Assembly: GCA_964016885.1 (NCBI GenBank)
Contig: OZ024741.1
Span: 330,770,001-330,834,000, forward strand
Direction of reading: 5' to 3'
DNA: 64,000 nucleotides
DNA from: Eledone cirrhosa
Taxonomy: Eukaryota
The number at the start of each line of letters is the position of its first letter. Within the stretch, counting starts at the first letter, position 1. The translations under genes and the position numbers were made by a program. Below, one piece after another: positions 40,431 through 53,600 of this stretch. Under the pieces are notes generated by a model. The model searched no databases. It worked only from the letters and a program-made list of their open reading frames with translations, and had not been told where the DNA came from.

Positions 40431-41040
40431 CACGACGAATCCCTCATGGGCCTGCCTAGCCATGTTTGTGGTGTTGTTTTGAGTTGTTGGCATGGGTCTT
40501 TTGTCGAACGTTGTAGCACTAGAGGATTCGGTCCTATATCATCCGCATTGGGAGATTTAGTTTTAGTCAGGTCTGCCTTTATCGTTTTATCCTATGTCTT
40601 CCTCTTTTGGGGCCTCCTGCAAACTTAAAGCCCTGCATCTCTTTATATATATATATCATCATCATCACCGTTATACGTCCCTTCTTCTACGCTAGCATGG
40701 GTTAGACGGGTTGTCCTGTTGTGGGCAGTGTCCAGTCAGCTGACCTTGTCTTGCTCATACGGGAACTGATTCTGGCTTGATTTCTACAGCTGGATGCCCT
40801 TCCTAACACCAACCTCATTTACAGTGAGTGATGGGTGCTTTTTTTCCGTGGCGCCTACACGTCCAGTTTGCAGTGGAATGATAGTGACCCCAGTCCTATC
40901 ATCTCATTTCTACAGCTGAGTAAACTGGAGCAATGTGAAATAAAGTGTCTTGCTCAAGGAAACAATACATCACTCGGTCTGAGAATTGAACTCACAATCT
41001 TTCGATTGCAGCCCAATCCTCTAACCACTAAGTCATGCGC

Positions 41041-41110
<70 letters not shown>

Positions 41111-41112
<2 letters not shown>

Positions 41113-43332
41113 CATCATCATCATCATCAACGTTTAACGTCCGTGTTCCACGCTTGCATGGGTTTGGACGGGGGTAGTCCCACTTGAGGCAAGAGTGATT
41201 GTCTTGCTCGCATAGGACTGTCTGGCAGGTTTTCTACAGTTGGATGCCCTTCCTAACACCAACCACATTTACAGTGTGGGTCTGGGAGGTTTTTACCATG
41301 TTGCCTACACGGCCACATTACAGCGTGGACTGTGTGTTTTTTTGTCGTGACACCTACACGATCTCATTTGTTTCGGCCTCGATGGCGCGGCACCAACATA
41401 ACTTTACATAGAACGGGGTGGTGTGGATGGGGTGGGGGTGGTGGTGGTGGGACGGGGTGTATTTTGTTAGAGATGCCTACTGGCTGGAGTAGGTTTTACT
41501 ATATATTTAGGTAAGGCGGGTCTTCTCTGTTACTGAGTACCGCCAAAGGTCTCGGTCCAGTGACATTGTCTTGGAGAGGTATAAGTGTGTGATGTCGGAG
41601 TTTATCAGCTCGTCCCAGGTTTTTCTAGGTCTGCCTATTCCGTGACTACCGTCTATCTTTATTGCCCTGCACTTTGTTATACAGCTATCGACTTTCATGC
41701 GCATCACGTGTCCATACCAACGTAGCCTTCTCTCGAGTAAACAGCATCTGATCCCTCTTATCTCTAATTTTTTCCTTAGTTCGTTTATGCTTTGCCGTTC
41801 ACGTATATTACTGTTACACATCCAGCGGAGCATGCAAGCTTCGTTCCTCTCTAGTCTGCGTATATCCTCTGCACACAATGCCTAGGTCTCACTGCCATGC
41901 AGCATTGCTGTTCGTATGCAGGCATCGTACAACCTGCCTTTCATTTTTAGGGAGAACCCTTTAGCAGCTAATAGTGGTATAAGCTCTCTGAACTTTTTCC
42001 AACCAGTTCTGACTCTAGCTACGGTACTTTCAGAGCACCCTCCCCCACTGCTGATTTTATCGCCCAGGTAACAGAAGCTGTCCACTATTTCTATAGAACC
42101 CTCTGCGCAATTGAAAGAGCTAGTATTTTGTGGGCACTTGCTGCTACTTATTGCACCAGAACACCGGCCACATGTAAAATCTATGTTCTTAGTTAGCTTA
42201 CCTGTGATCCCACTACATCTTTTATGCACCCATACTTTGCATTTAGGACATAAAATGGAGTTTCTACCTACGCCTTTCCTACACACCGAGCACGACCATT
42301 TCCCAGAAGGGACCGCCGCCTTGTTTTCTTTCCTACAAACTAGTACTTTGGTCTTAGCCAGGTTAATTTTAAGTCCTTTTGACTCTAGGCCGTGCTTCCA
42401 TGTTTGGAATTTCTTCTCTAGCTCGGCCATTGATTCCGCTATGAGTTTCAGGTCGTCTGCGTATAGGAGTTCCCATGGGCAGCCTGTCTTGAACTCCTCT
42501 GTTATAGCCTGAAGGGCAATAATAAATAGTAGGGGGCTGAGAACAGAGCCCTGATGGACGCCAACTTTTACGCTAAACTCTTCACTATATTCGTTGTTAA
42601 TTCTAACCTTGCTGACTGTTTCTTTATACATGGCTTGTATAGCTCTCACAAGCCATTCGTCAACGCCTAGTTTTCTAAGAGCCCACCAGATAATGGAGCG
42701 GGGGACTCTGTCGAAGGCTTTCTCCAAGTCGACAAAAGCTAAGTAGAGGGGTTTACCTTTAGCTAGGTACTTCTCCTGTAGTTGTCGTACTATGAAAAGA
42801 GCGTCTGTGGTACTTTTGCCTGACACAAACCCGAACTGCATTTCATCTAGGTCAATTCTCTCTCTGATTAGTTGCGCTATTACTTTTTCCGTGACCTTCA
42901 TGACCTGGTCGATTAATTTAATGCCTCTATAGTTACTCCTATCTAGGGCGTCTCCTTTACCCTTATAACAGTTAACGATGATGCTGCTATGCCAGTCCTT
43001 CGGAACAACCCCATTCTGTACGACTTGGTTAACTATGCGGGTGACCATGGTGTGTCCCACCGTGCCAGATGCCTTCAGCATCTCAGCAACTATTTCCGAA
43101 GGCCCAGCCGCCTTACCCGTCTTCATATCCTTGATTGCCTTACTTATTATACTCCCCTCGACTAACACTGCTGGTCCCTCTATCGGGTCGATATGGGGGA
43201 GACTGTCTTTCTCCCATTTATTCTCCTCATTTAGTAGCCTTTCATAGTGACATTTCCAAGCTACCTTCTTATCAGCGTCGGTGATGGCAAGTGTGCCATC
43301 ATCGTTTAGTACACACTTCTCCCCGACAATAT
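41111..43332 (-). mobile_element. Longest RTE-group LINE copy (2.2 kb, 5'-truncated): RT with PHD-like insertion and one nonsense codon
   Basis: RT motifs NYRGIKL, QFGF, FVDLEKAFDRV, GVHQGSVLSPLLF, YADD; TGG>TAG at 41882-41884 splits ORFs 41882-43168 and 41507-41878; (CAT)n tail at 41111. Confidence 0.95.
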
Positions 43333-43614
43333 CTTCTCCTTCTTATAAATTCCTTAATTCTTAATCTAGCGTATTTTCAAACCTCAATCCCTAATTCTAG
43401 CGTATTTTCAAAACAAAAAACAAAATCCTTTCCTTCTTCCTTCTTTCGAAACTCCCGCTTACTCGACCCCCCCCCCCCCCCCACCCACCCGCTACTTCGA
43501 AGGCATGGCGGTCAAACGCCTAACACACACAACCATCATGCGGCCACCCCCCTCTCTCTCTCTCTCTCTATATATATATGATAGGAATTCACTTCGCCAA
43601 ATTTCATTGCTTTG

Positions 43615-43651
<37 letters not shown>

Positions 43652-43688
43652 ATTAAATAAATGGAAACTATATTTATAAAACCATATT

Positions 43689-43754
43689 TATTTCATTATA
43701 TATATTTCAGGGATAACATATTAACAATATGTTATGCCTTCTTCAGACAAAATA
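43689..43754 (-). ncRNA. Minimal type I hammerhead ribozyme motif
   Basis: Minus strand: uauuuugu-CUGAAGA-agg/auaacauauu hairpin/ccu-GAAA-uauaua-UA^-augaaaua; palindromic stem III; predicted cleavage between 43697 and 43696. Confidence 0.7.
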
Positions 43755-43863
43755 CAATATAAACAGTCTTATAAATAAATATTTACTCGTTGTTATAAAT
43801 ATTTACTCGTTGTTAACCCAACAATTTAAATATAACTTTCCATATATATATATATATTTTTAT

Positions 43864-45108
43864 ATCATCATCATCATCATCATCGTTTAACGTCCATATT
43901 CCACGCTTGCATGGGTTTGGACGGGAGTTTTCCCACTTGAGGCAACAGTGGTTGTCTTGTCTTGCTCGCATAGGACTGTCTGGCAGGTTTTCTACGGATG
44001 GATGCCCTTCCTAACACCAACCACTTTTACAGTGTGGAACTGGGAGGTTTTTACCGTGTTACCTACACGGCCACATTACAGCGTGGACTGTGTGTTTTTT
44101 TGTGGTGACACCTACACGACCTCATTTGTTTCGGCCTGGATGTTGTGGTACCAACATAACTTTACATTGAAAGGGGCGGTGTGGATGGGGTGGGGGTAGT
44201 GGGACGAGGGTGTATTTTGTTAGAGGTGCCTAGTGACTGTAGTAGGTTTTACTTTGTATTTAGGTAAGGCGGGTCTTCTCTATTACTGAGTACCGCCAAA
44301 GATCTCGGTCCAGTGACATTGTCTTGGAGAGGTGTAAGTGTGTGAGGTCTGAATTTATCAAGTCGTCCCAGGTTTTTTTGGGTCTGCCTACTCCGTGGCT
44401 ACCGTCTATTTTTATTGCCCTGCACTTTTTTATATAGCTGTCGTCTTTCATGCGCATCACGTGACCATACCAACGTAGCCTTCCATCGAGTAAACAACAT
44501 CTGATCCCGCTTATTTCTAATTTTTCCCTTAGTTCGTTAATGCTTTGCCGTTCGCATATATTACTATTACACATCCAGCGGAGCATGCAAGCTTTGTTCC
44601 TCTCTAGTCTGCGTGTATCCTCTGCACACAATGCCCAGGTCTCACTGCCATGCAACATTGCTGTTCGTATGCAGGCATCATACAGCCTGCCTTTCATTTT
44701 TAAGGAGAACCCTTTAGCAGCTAATAGTTTTTCCATCCAGTTCTGACTCTAGCTACTGTACTTTCGGAGCACCCTCCCCCACTGCTGATTTTGTCACCCA
44801 GGTAACGGAAGCTGTCCACTATTTCTATAGAACCATCTGTGCAATTGAAAGAGCTAGTATTTTGTGGGCATTTGCTACTACTTATTGCACCAGAGCACCG
44901 GCCACATGTAAAATCTATGTTCTTAGTTAGCTTACCTATGATCCCACTACATCTTTTATGCACCCATACTTTGTATTTGGGACATAAAATGGAGTTTCTA
45001 CCTACGCCTTTCCTACACACTGAGCATGGCCATTTCCCGGATGGGACCGGCACCCTATTTTCCTTCCTACAAACTAGAACATTTTATCTTAGCCAGGTTA
45101 ATTTTAAA
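43864..45108 (-). mobile_element. 5'-truncated RTE-group LINE (subfamily A), frameshifted
   Basis: ORFs 44721-45053 and 44260-44736; (CAT)n tail; both ends abut (TA)n. Confidence 0.92.
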
Positions 45109-45719
45109 TATATATATATATATATATATATATGAAAAACAAGGGTTGGAAAACAGCAAGCCACATGGTAGTTATCCGATCAGCATAAGCTGGGTGAATT
45201 TCATGAGCGGTTAGAGAAGCAGACCGTACGCCGTGAATGCGGTGTGAGAAAGAAGGAACCCCACTACTAGCGAACGGGAGGAAGTGAGAAGGGGAGAAAC
45301 AGAGAGTGAGTGAGTGGAAGTGCGAGGAAGAGGTCAGTCGAGAGAAAAAGTGTAACTGACAGAGAGGGTGAAAGAAGGTAAGAGAAACAGAGAGAACGGG
45401 GGAGCAGTAAGAGAGAAAGAGAGAAACAGATAATCGCAGTTTAGGTAAATATATATGAAAAACAAGGGGAAGAAGAATACTGCATGGTTGCACATGGATT
45501 ACATATTATAAAATTAGTCCCTCATCAGTGATTTTGCCAACCATCATTGGTATTTCATCGCATTAAAAATCAGATACCTCAGGTTGGTGCGAGCAATAAC
45601 TAAAATAAGCTATTGGGATAAGTGAAACGTGTAAAGCGAGTGAGACAAGTAAACAACAGAAGGAAAAGCAAATATATATTTATATATATATATATATTTA
45701 TATATACATATATATATAT

Positions 45720-47334
45720 ATATAAAGAAACAGTCAGCAAGGTTAGAATTAACAACGAATATAGTGAAGAGTTTAGCGTAAAAGTTGGTGTCCATCAGGG
45801 CTCTGTTCTTAGCCCCTACTATTTATTATTGCCCTTCAGGCTATAACAGAGGAGTTCAAGACCGGCTGCCCATGGGAACTCCTATACACAGATGATCTAA
45901 CGCTCATAGCTGAATCAATGACCGAGCTAGAGAAGAAATTCCAAACATGGAAGCACGGCCTAGAATCAAAAGGCCTTAAAATTAACCTGGCTAAGACTAA
46001 AGTTCTAGTTTGTAGGAAAGAAAATAAGGCGACGGTCCCTTCCGGGAAATGGCCATGCTCAGTGTGTAGGAAAGGCGTAGGTAGAAACTCCATTTTATGT
46101 CCCAAATGCAAAGTATGGGTGCATAAAAGATGTAGTGGGATCATAGGTAAGCTAACTAAGAACATAGATTTTACATGTGGCCGGTGCTCTAGTGCAATAA
46201 GTAGCAGCACGTGCCCACAAAATACTAGCTCTTTCAATTGTGCAGAGGGTTCTATAGAAATAGTGGACAGCTTCCGTTACCTGGGTGACAAAATCAGCAG
46301 TGGGGGAGGGTGCTCTGAAAGTACAGTAGCTAGAGTCAGAACTGGTTGGAAAAAGTTCAGAGAGCTTATACCACTATTAGCCGCTAAAGGGTTCTCCCTA
46401 AGAATGAAAGGCAGGTTGTATGATGCCTGCATACGAACAGCAATGTTGCATGGCAGTGAGACCTGGGCATTGTGTGCAGAGGATATACGCAGACTAGAGA
46501 GGAACGAAGCTTGCATGCTCCGCTGGATGTGTAATAGTAACATACGTGAACAGCAAAGCATAAGCGAACTAAGGAAAAAATTAGAAATAAGAGGGATCAG
46601 GTGTTGTTTACTCGAGAGAAGGCTACGTTGGTATGGTCACGTGATGTGCATGAAAGACGACAGCTGTATAACAAAGTGCAGCGCAATAAAGATAGACGGT
46701 AGCTACGGAGTAGGCAGACCCAGAAAAACCTGGGACGAGCTGATAAATTCTGACCTCACACACTTACACCTCACCAAGACAATGTCACTGGACCGAGACC
46801 TTTGGCGGTACTCAGTAATAGAGAAGACCCGCCTTACCTAAATACAAAGTAAAACCTACTACAGCCAGTAGGCATCTCTAACAAAATACCCCCCCCCCCC
46901 CACACACACACACCCCCCATCCACACCGCCCCTTCAATGTAAAGTTATGTTGATCCAGGCCGAAACAAATGAGATCGTGTAGGTGTCACGACAAAAAAAC
47001 ACACAGTCCACGCTGACATGTGGCCGTGTAGGCAACACGGTAAAAACCTCCCAGCCCCACACTGTAAATGTGGTTGGTGTTAGGAAGGGCATCCAGCTGT
47101 AGAAAACCTGCCAGACAGTCCACGCTGTAATGTGGCCGTGTAGGCAACACGGTAAAAACCTCCCAGCCCGACACTGTAAATGTGGTTGGTGTTAGGAAGG
47201 GCATCCAGCTCTAGAAAACCCGCCAGACAGTCCTATGCGAGCAAGACAATCACTCTTGCCTCAAGTGGGAAAACCCCCGTCCAAACCCATGCAAGCGTGG
47301 AACACGGACGTTAAACGTTGATGATGATGATGAT
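45720..47334 (+). mobile_element. 5'-truncated RTE-group LINE (subfamily A) with an internally duplicated 3'UTR segment
   Basis: 307-aa ORF 45918-46841; ~110-bp tandem duplication at 47005-47232; (GAT)n tail; (TA)n on both sides. Confidence 0.93.
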
Positions 47335-47365
47335 ATTTATATATATATATATTTATATATATATA

Positions 47366-48266
47366 CTAGCATTAAAGCCCGGCGTTGCTCGGGGGTCATT
47401 AAGTTACCAAAGTTAGGTTGCACCACCCATTTTATGGCAGCACTTTTTTGTCTGCCAGGCACTGGGTCAATGAATTGCAGACCTGGAAGCATGAGCTGCG
47501 CCAGCAGTGACAATTGTAGTTTCGCCTATGGATATTATCTCTGTGCAAAAAAGTGTTGAAATTTATTGTTTCACAGTACTTGCGCAACACGCGCGTAGAC
47601 GATGCCAGCCAAACAACAGAGCTGCGATGGAGTTGTTCTGCATGGTTGTCTGTGTGTTTTCTAAATTTAAGACAGTAGGGAGGGTTGTGATATGAGGGAG
47701 AGTTAGCTGTTGTTTCTAGCAGGTTTAGTGACCTCATAGAGGATATGTGTTTTCTAAATTTAAGACAGTAGGGAGTGGTGTGATATGGGGGAGAGTTAGC
47801 TGCTGTTTCTAGCAGGTTTAGTGACCTCATAGAAGATATGTTTTCTAAATTTAAGACAGTAGGGAGGGGTGTGATATGAGGGAGAGTTAGCTGCTGTTTC
47901 TAGCAGGTTTAGTAACCTCATAGAGGATATGTGTTTTCTAAATTTAAGACAGTAGGGAGTGGAGTGAACGGACTGTATCACCATCAAGCTTGGAAAGAGA
48001 AAGTAGCAGAAAGTATGAAGTTGTATAGATTTTGAATGGTAGTGGAAAGAGTTTAGCAGTTTAAATGACAGAGAAAAATCGTAAAATATTGAGTTTTATC
48101 TATTTTTTGCGTAATTGTGGGTGAAATTGAAAAAATTATCTGTGCCAAGACGCAATCGAAACTATTTCGAATACTGAATGGTAAATTTCAATTGAAGAAA
48201 TTCTATATCGTAGATTTCTATAAGAAAGGAGCATGACCACACACTGAGCTTTATAGATTATGATGA
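47366..48266 (-). mobile_element. Non-autonomous Helitron with internal ~92-bp tandem repeats
   Basis: Minus strand reads A^TC(atcataatctataaag)...hairpin cccgagcaacgccggg...CTAG^T, the canonical Helitron termini at an AT site; repeats at 47653-47962. Confidence 0.7.
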
Positions 48267-48316
48267 TATATATTTATATTTATTTATATATATATATATT
48301 TATATATATATATATT

Positions 48317-48348
<32 letters not shown>

Positions 48349-48562
48349 TATATTGATTTTTTATCTGAGTGTCCCGAATCTTCCAGATCGCAACTTTTCG
48401 ATCGTACGGTTGATTATAGACTTGTTCTATGTGTGACGGTATTTTAACGATAGTTATAGCTCTGATTTATCTAAATTATGGAGCCCTCTGCCGCTCATAT
48501 CGAATTTTGTTTGTCGTGAACTCGTGCGCCGATTTTTCGATACTCGATTATTCTACTATATT

Positions 48563-48641
<79 letters not shown>

Positions 48642-48673
48642 AGATCAAAAGATGGTTAAAGGAGTTCCATATA

Positions 48674-48740
48674 TTTTATTATGCGCATTTCAAAAACAAA
48701 CATCATCAAGCAATAATATTTGTGTTTTCATCAGATAAAA
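48674..48740 (-). ncRNA. Type I hammerhead ribozyme motif (Penelope terminal repeat)
   Basis: Mirror copy of 51540-51606. Confidence 0.75.
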
Positions 48741-50327
48741 CAGGAGAACATGATATGAAGGCTAAAAAACACTTGTTGATAGTGCAGTTTTAAATCAACA
48801 TATGAAAAGTGGTTTTAGATTGATGTGTGATATTGGGAAAAATATTTTATTTAGAGAGGGGGGGGAAGGATGAGAAGGGAAGGAGATGAGAGGGAGAGAT
48901 GGGTGATAGAGAGAAAGAGATAGTTTTTATAACTGAGAGGAGATATATTTTTTATATAGAGGGGTTGAAAACCGTTGGAAGATACTGTATAAATTAAAAA
49001 TTTTGAAAATTAACGAAGGGGGGATATGTGCGAGGAAAAAATATTTTATTTAGGGAGGAGGGTGGAAAGGATGAAAAAAAAAGGGGGAGGAGATGAGAGT
49101 GAAGGTGGAGAGGGAGAGATGGGTGATAGAGAGAAAGAGATAGTTTTTATAACTGAGAAAAAGATATATTGTTTTAATATAGAGAGGTTGGGAACCGTTG
49201 GAAGATAATGTATAAATTAAAGGAATTTAAAAATTAACGAAGGGAAATTATGTATGAAGATAGAGAGAAAAAAAAAAAAAAATAATAATAATTGTGGGTG
49301 AATATTCTAACGTCAAAAGAAGAAATGTATGTATTGTGGCAATTTCAAAATTAGCAAAGAGAGAAATGTTAAGGTTTATGTGTAGAAGGATTTGAGAAAA
49401 ATAATGTGAAGTTAAAGTTTGTATATTGAATTCATATGTATTAATAATGAGTTCGTTGATGGGGAGAAAAAAATAATAATAAATTAAGGATGAAATTGAG
49501 ATTAAAAAGATTTATGATAGAGAGAAAAAATAATAATGATTGCGGATGAATATTCAAAATGTCAAAAACAAATGTTATTGTTTTACGAGAAGATAGAATG
49601 AGGGTAATGAGTAAACGAGTATTATAGAGTGTATAATGCCCTTTAAAGTAAGGTAGATGGGTATATTTTAAAGAGGTGTATGTATATGTGCCTTTGAGAA
49701 AAGATTCTAAATTGATAAAGAATTGAATATTAACTGTATACTTTGTGAAAAGTTCTATGGAATTTATGCAGGCAGATAGAAAACAAATCTGAGCGTCTAT
49801 TTATTATGGATTCTAGGTTAGAGATAATGGTAAATTTTTCATTTAGGCAGAGATTACAGATTTTAGATAGAGAGCTGTTCAAGTATGAGGATGCAGAAGA
49901 AATCTTTTTCCAAAAGATGCTATATTTAATGTTTTTGTCTTTTAAGGACCATATGAGTTCTGAGAGAGCAGTGTTAGTTCTTTTAAGTTTGTATTTGAAA
50001 GATGAATGATGATTATAGAGACGAGCTTTAAAAGAGGTGGAAGTGGAGCCAAAATAGGTGAACTCGTTTACTCATTACCCTCATTCTATCTTCTCGTAAA
50101 ACAATAACATTTGTTTTTGACATTTTGAATATTCATCCGCAATCATTATTATTTTTTCTCTCTATCATAAATCTTTTTAATCTCAATTTCATCCTTAATT
50201 TATTATTATTTTTTTCTCCCCATCAACGAACTCATTATTAATACATATGAATTCAATATACAAACTTTAACTTCACATTATTTTTCTCAAATCCTAAATT
50301 GATTCTAAATTGATAAAGAATTGAATA

Positions 50328-50660
50328 TTAACTGTATACTTTGTGAAAAGTTCTATGGAATTTATGCAGGCAGATAGAAAACAAATCTGAGCGTCTATTT
50401 ATTATGGATTCTAGGTTAGAGATAATGGTAAATTTTTCATTTAGGCAGAGATTACAGATTTTAGATAGAGAGCTGTTCAAGTATGAGGATGCAGAAGAAA
50501 TCTTTTTCCAAAAGATGCTATATTTAATGTTTTTGTCTTTTAAGGACCATATGAGTTCTGAGAGAGCAGTGTTAGTTCTTTTAAGTTTGTATTTGAAAGA
50601 TGAATGATGATTATAGAGACGAGCTTTAAAAGAGGTGGAAGTGGAGCCCAAATAGGTGAA
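50328..50660 (-). pseudogene. GIY-YIG endonuclease C-terminal fragment of a Penelope-like element (second copy 49730-50062)
   Basis: YLGSTSTSFKARLYNHHSSF...TALSELIWSLK...CNLCLNEKFTII...NRRSDLFSICLH: YIG-like motif, catalytic R, E and N, and a Cys/His cluster. Confidence 0.8.
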
Positions 50661-51539
50661 CTCGTTTACTCATTACCCTCATTCTATCTTCTCGTAAAAC
50701 AATAACATTTGTTTTTGACATTTTGAATATTCATCCGCAATCATTATTATTTTTTCTCTCTATCATAAATCTTTTTAATCTCAATTTCATCCTTAATTTA
50801 TTATTATTTTTTTCTCCCCATCAACGAACTCATTATTAATACATATGAATTCAATATACAAACTTCAACTTCACATTATTTTTCTCAAATCCTTCTACAC
50901 ATAAACCTTAACATTTCTCTCTTTGCTAATTTTGAAATTGCCACAATACATACATTTCTTCTTTTGACGTTAGAATATTCACCCACAATTATTATTTTTT
51001 TTTTTTTCTCTCTATCTTCATACATAATTTCCCTTCGTTAATTTTTAAATTCCTTTAATTTATACATTATCTTCCAACGGTTCCCAACCTCTCTATATTA
51101 AAACAATATATCTTTTTCTCAGTTATAAAAACTATCTCTTTCTCTCTATCACCCATCTCTCCCTCTCCACCTTCACTCTCATCTCCTCCCCCTTTTTTTT
51201 TCATCCTTTCCACCCCCCCTCCCTAAATAAAATATTTTTTCCTCGCACATATCCCCCCTTCGTTAATTTTCAAAATTTTTAATTTATACAGTATCTTCCA
51301 ACGGTTTTCAACCCCTCTATATAAAAAATATATCTCCTCTCAGTTATAAAAACTATCTCTTTCTCTCTATCACCCATCTCTCCCTCTCATCTCCTTCCCT
51401 TCTCATCCTTTCCCCCCCCCCCTCTCTAAATAAAATATTTTTCCCAATATCACACATCAATCTAAAACCACTTTTCATATGTTGATTTAAAACTGCACTA
51501 TCAACAAGTGTTTTTTAGCCTTCATATCATGTTCTCCTG

Positions 51540-51606
51540 TTTTATCTGATGAAAACACAAATATTATTGCTTGATGATGTTTGTTTTTGAAATGCGCATA
51601 ATAAAA
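51540..51606 (+). ncRNA. Type I hammerhead ribozyme motif (Penelope terminal repeat)
   Basis: ttttat-CTGATGA-aaac...gttttt-GAAA-tgcgca-TA^-ataaaa; palindromic stem III (AUGCGCAU); predicted cleavage after 51600. Confidence 0.78.
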
Positions 51607-51732
51607 TATATGGAACTCCTTTAACCATCTTTTGATCTTATATTATGCATACTCCAGTCCCACAAACTGTAGAGTGCTTCTTATCCGATATCTGCATTGC
51701 TTTATTGTACTACAATAAAACTCACCTCCTAC

Positions 51733-51795
<63 letters not shown>

Positions 51796-51816
51796 TTATA
51801 TATATATTTATATATA

Positions 51817-51873
<57 letters not shown>

Positions 51874-51932
51874 TTATATATATATTTATATATATATTTA
51901 TATATATATTTATATATATATTTATATATATA

Positions 51933-51973
<41 letters not shown>

Positions 51974-52802
51974 TTATATATAGATATATATATATATTTA
52001 TATATATAATTCAATCAAACATAAGATGAAGTGATTAAGTTAGATCACTGGATGTTGGTTGAGATAAATAGCGATGACCTGTCCGACCCATTGCAGTATG
52101 GGAAAAAAATCGGGCGTTATATCGACGACGACAATAATGATGCATATATATTAGCATAATGAAATATTCATATAATGTGAATGAAATGTTTTTTCCACGT
52201 TAGCATATATTTTTATTGGGTAATGTGCTAAAGAGGGGCAGTTACCTTAGCTAATTCAGGCCCTGTTGGACGATCGTGATTTGCTGTACAAAAAACGTAG
52301 AGATGGTTGGAGTGGATAATGAGTGAAAATCTTCAGAGCTAACGACTTTGTTGTGGTTAATTAACCCTGATCCAGCAGATCTATGATCAAAGGTTTTCCA
52401 GTCTTTTATATATTGTCTATGACTACTTTTTTCAATGTGTCTTTTCTATTTTCAAACTAAATTTTGATTTGAGAGCTGCTATTTCTAGCATAGATGAAAC
52501 TAGTAAAAATTATATATATATATCATCATCATCATTTTACGTCCACTTTTCCCTGCTTGCAAGGGTTGGACGGGTCCTATTCAGCACAGCATCTCTCCAC
52601 TTGTCACGGTCCTTCATCATCTCCTCGGTGAGTTCCAGCGATCTGGGGTCTGCTCTTACCACATCCGCCCATGTTTTTCGTGGTCTACCTCTACTGCGTC
52701 TTCCTTCTACTGGGATTTCTTGGCATATATATAGTATTGCTAGCAGGAAAACGGGCGTTAACTAATGATGATGCCAATGATATGTATGTATATATACATA
52801 TA

Positions 52803-53600
52803 ACATCAATAAGAAGTGGTGTTCCCCAGGGAACTGCCTTGGAACCACTGCTGTTTGTGGTGGCTCTCTTAAACATGCCCTCCTTAGTACAGACAACCTC
52901 CTTCACTAGCTATGCTGATGACATGAATGTAACACAGGCAATCAAGATTCTAGTCGATGCTACTCTCTTACAAGAAGACTTGGATGCCTTATACAAATGG
53001 ACTGAGGACAACAATATGCAGTTTAATGCCGGAAAATTTCAAGCTCTCCACTATCAATCCGCCAACACCAGGCCATTATAACAAAGCTACATGGGAAGGA
53101 GGAGTTGAAACCAAAAAAGGATCTGGATATTGACATAAGCAATGATGTATCAAATATGTGCAGGAAAATGCACATATCACCAAAATGGCAGCACTATGCA
53201 CATGATGCATTGTTTCGATTCTGAGGACTTTCAAAACAAGAGACTGGGATGCCATGCTGGTCCTCTGAAGGACATTTATCTTCAACCGACTGGACTATTG
53301 CTCTTAGCTGTGGTCACCCCAGAGTGTCCAACTAACTACAGAGCTTGAAGCAATCCTATGAAGCTAAATCAAGAGGATTGCCTTAATGAAGGAGATCAGT
53401 TGTTGGGAGAGGCTGAAAGAACTAAAGCTCTACTCCCTGGCATGAACATGGGAGATATATGCAGTGATATACATATGGCAAATCCTGGAAGGACAAGCAT
53501 CGAAACTTTGGCATTGACAGCTGGACCAACCCTCGAATTGAACACTAGTGTGTAGTGCGAAAGGTCCCATCCTTCACATCTAGAGTAAGGACCAGACACT
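52803..53600 (+). mobile_element. Decayed CR1/L2-group LINE RT fragment
   Basis: SGVPQGTALEPLLF...SYADDM...LQEDLDALYKWTEDNNMQFNAGKFQALHY; frameshifted downstream. Confidence 0.8.

Larger units (their letters stand above)
48635..51735 (-). mobile_element. Penelope-like element: ~985-bp inverted arms around duplicated GIY-YIG C-terminal fragments
   Basis: 48635-49620 is the reverse complement of 50660-51646; 598-bp direct duplication (49703/50301); hammerhead motif in each arm; (TA)n flanks. Confidence 0.85.

Noticed and set aside
45495-45535. Minus-strand CTGATGA followed by a possible stem II
   Set aside because: No GAAA, stem III or closing stem I at a workable position; at best a truncated remnant
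7337-46561. Antisense ORFs overlapping LINE copies (e.g. 7337-7783, 42111-42512, 45836-46237)
   Set aside because: Shadow frames of the RT ORF with no independent coding evidence
48355-48560. Unique CpG-rich 200-bp island between (TA)n tracts
   Set aside because: No ORF, ribozyme core or terminal repeat could be identified by eye; left unannotated
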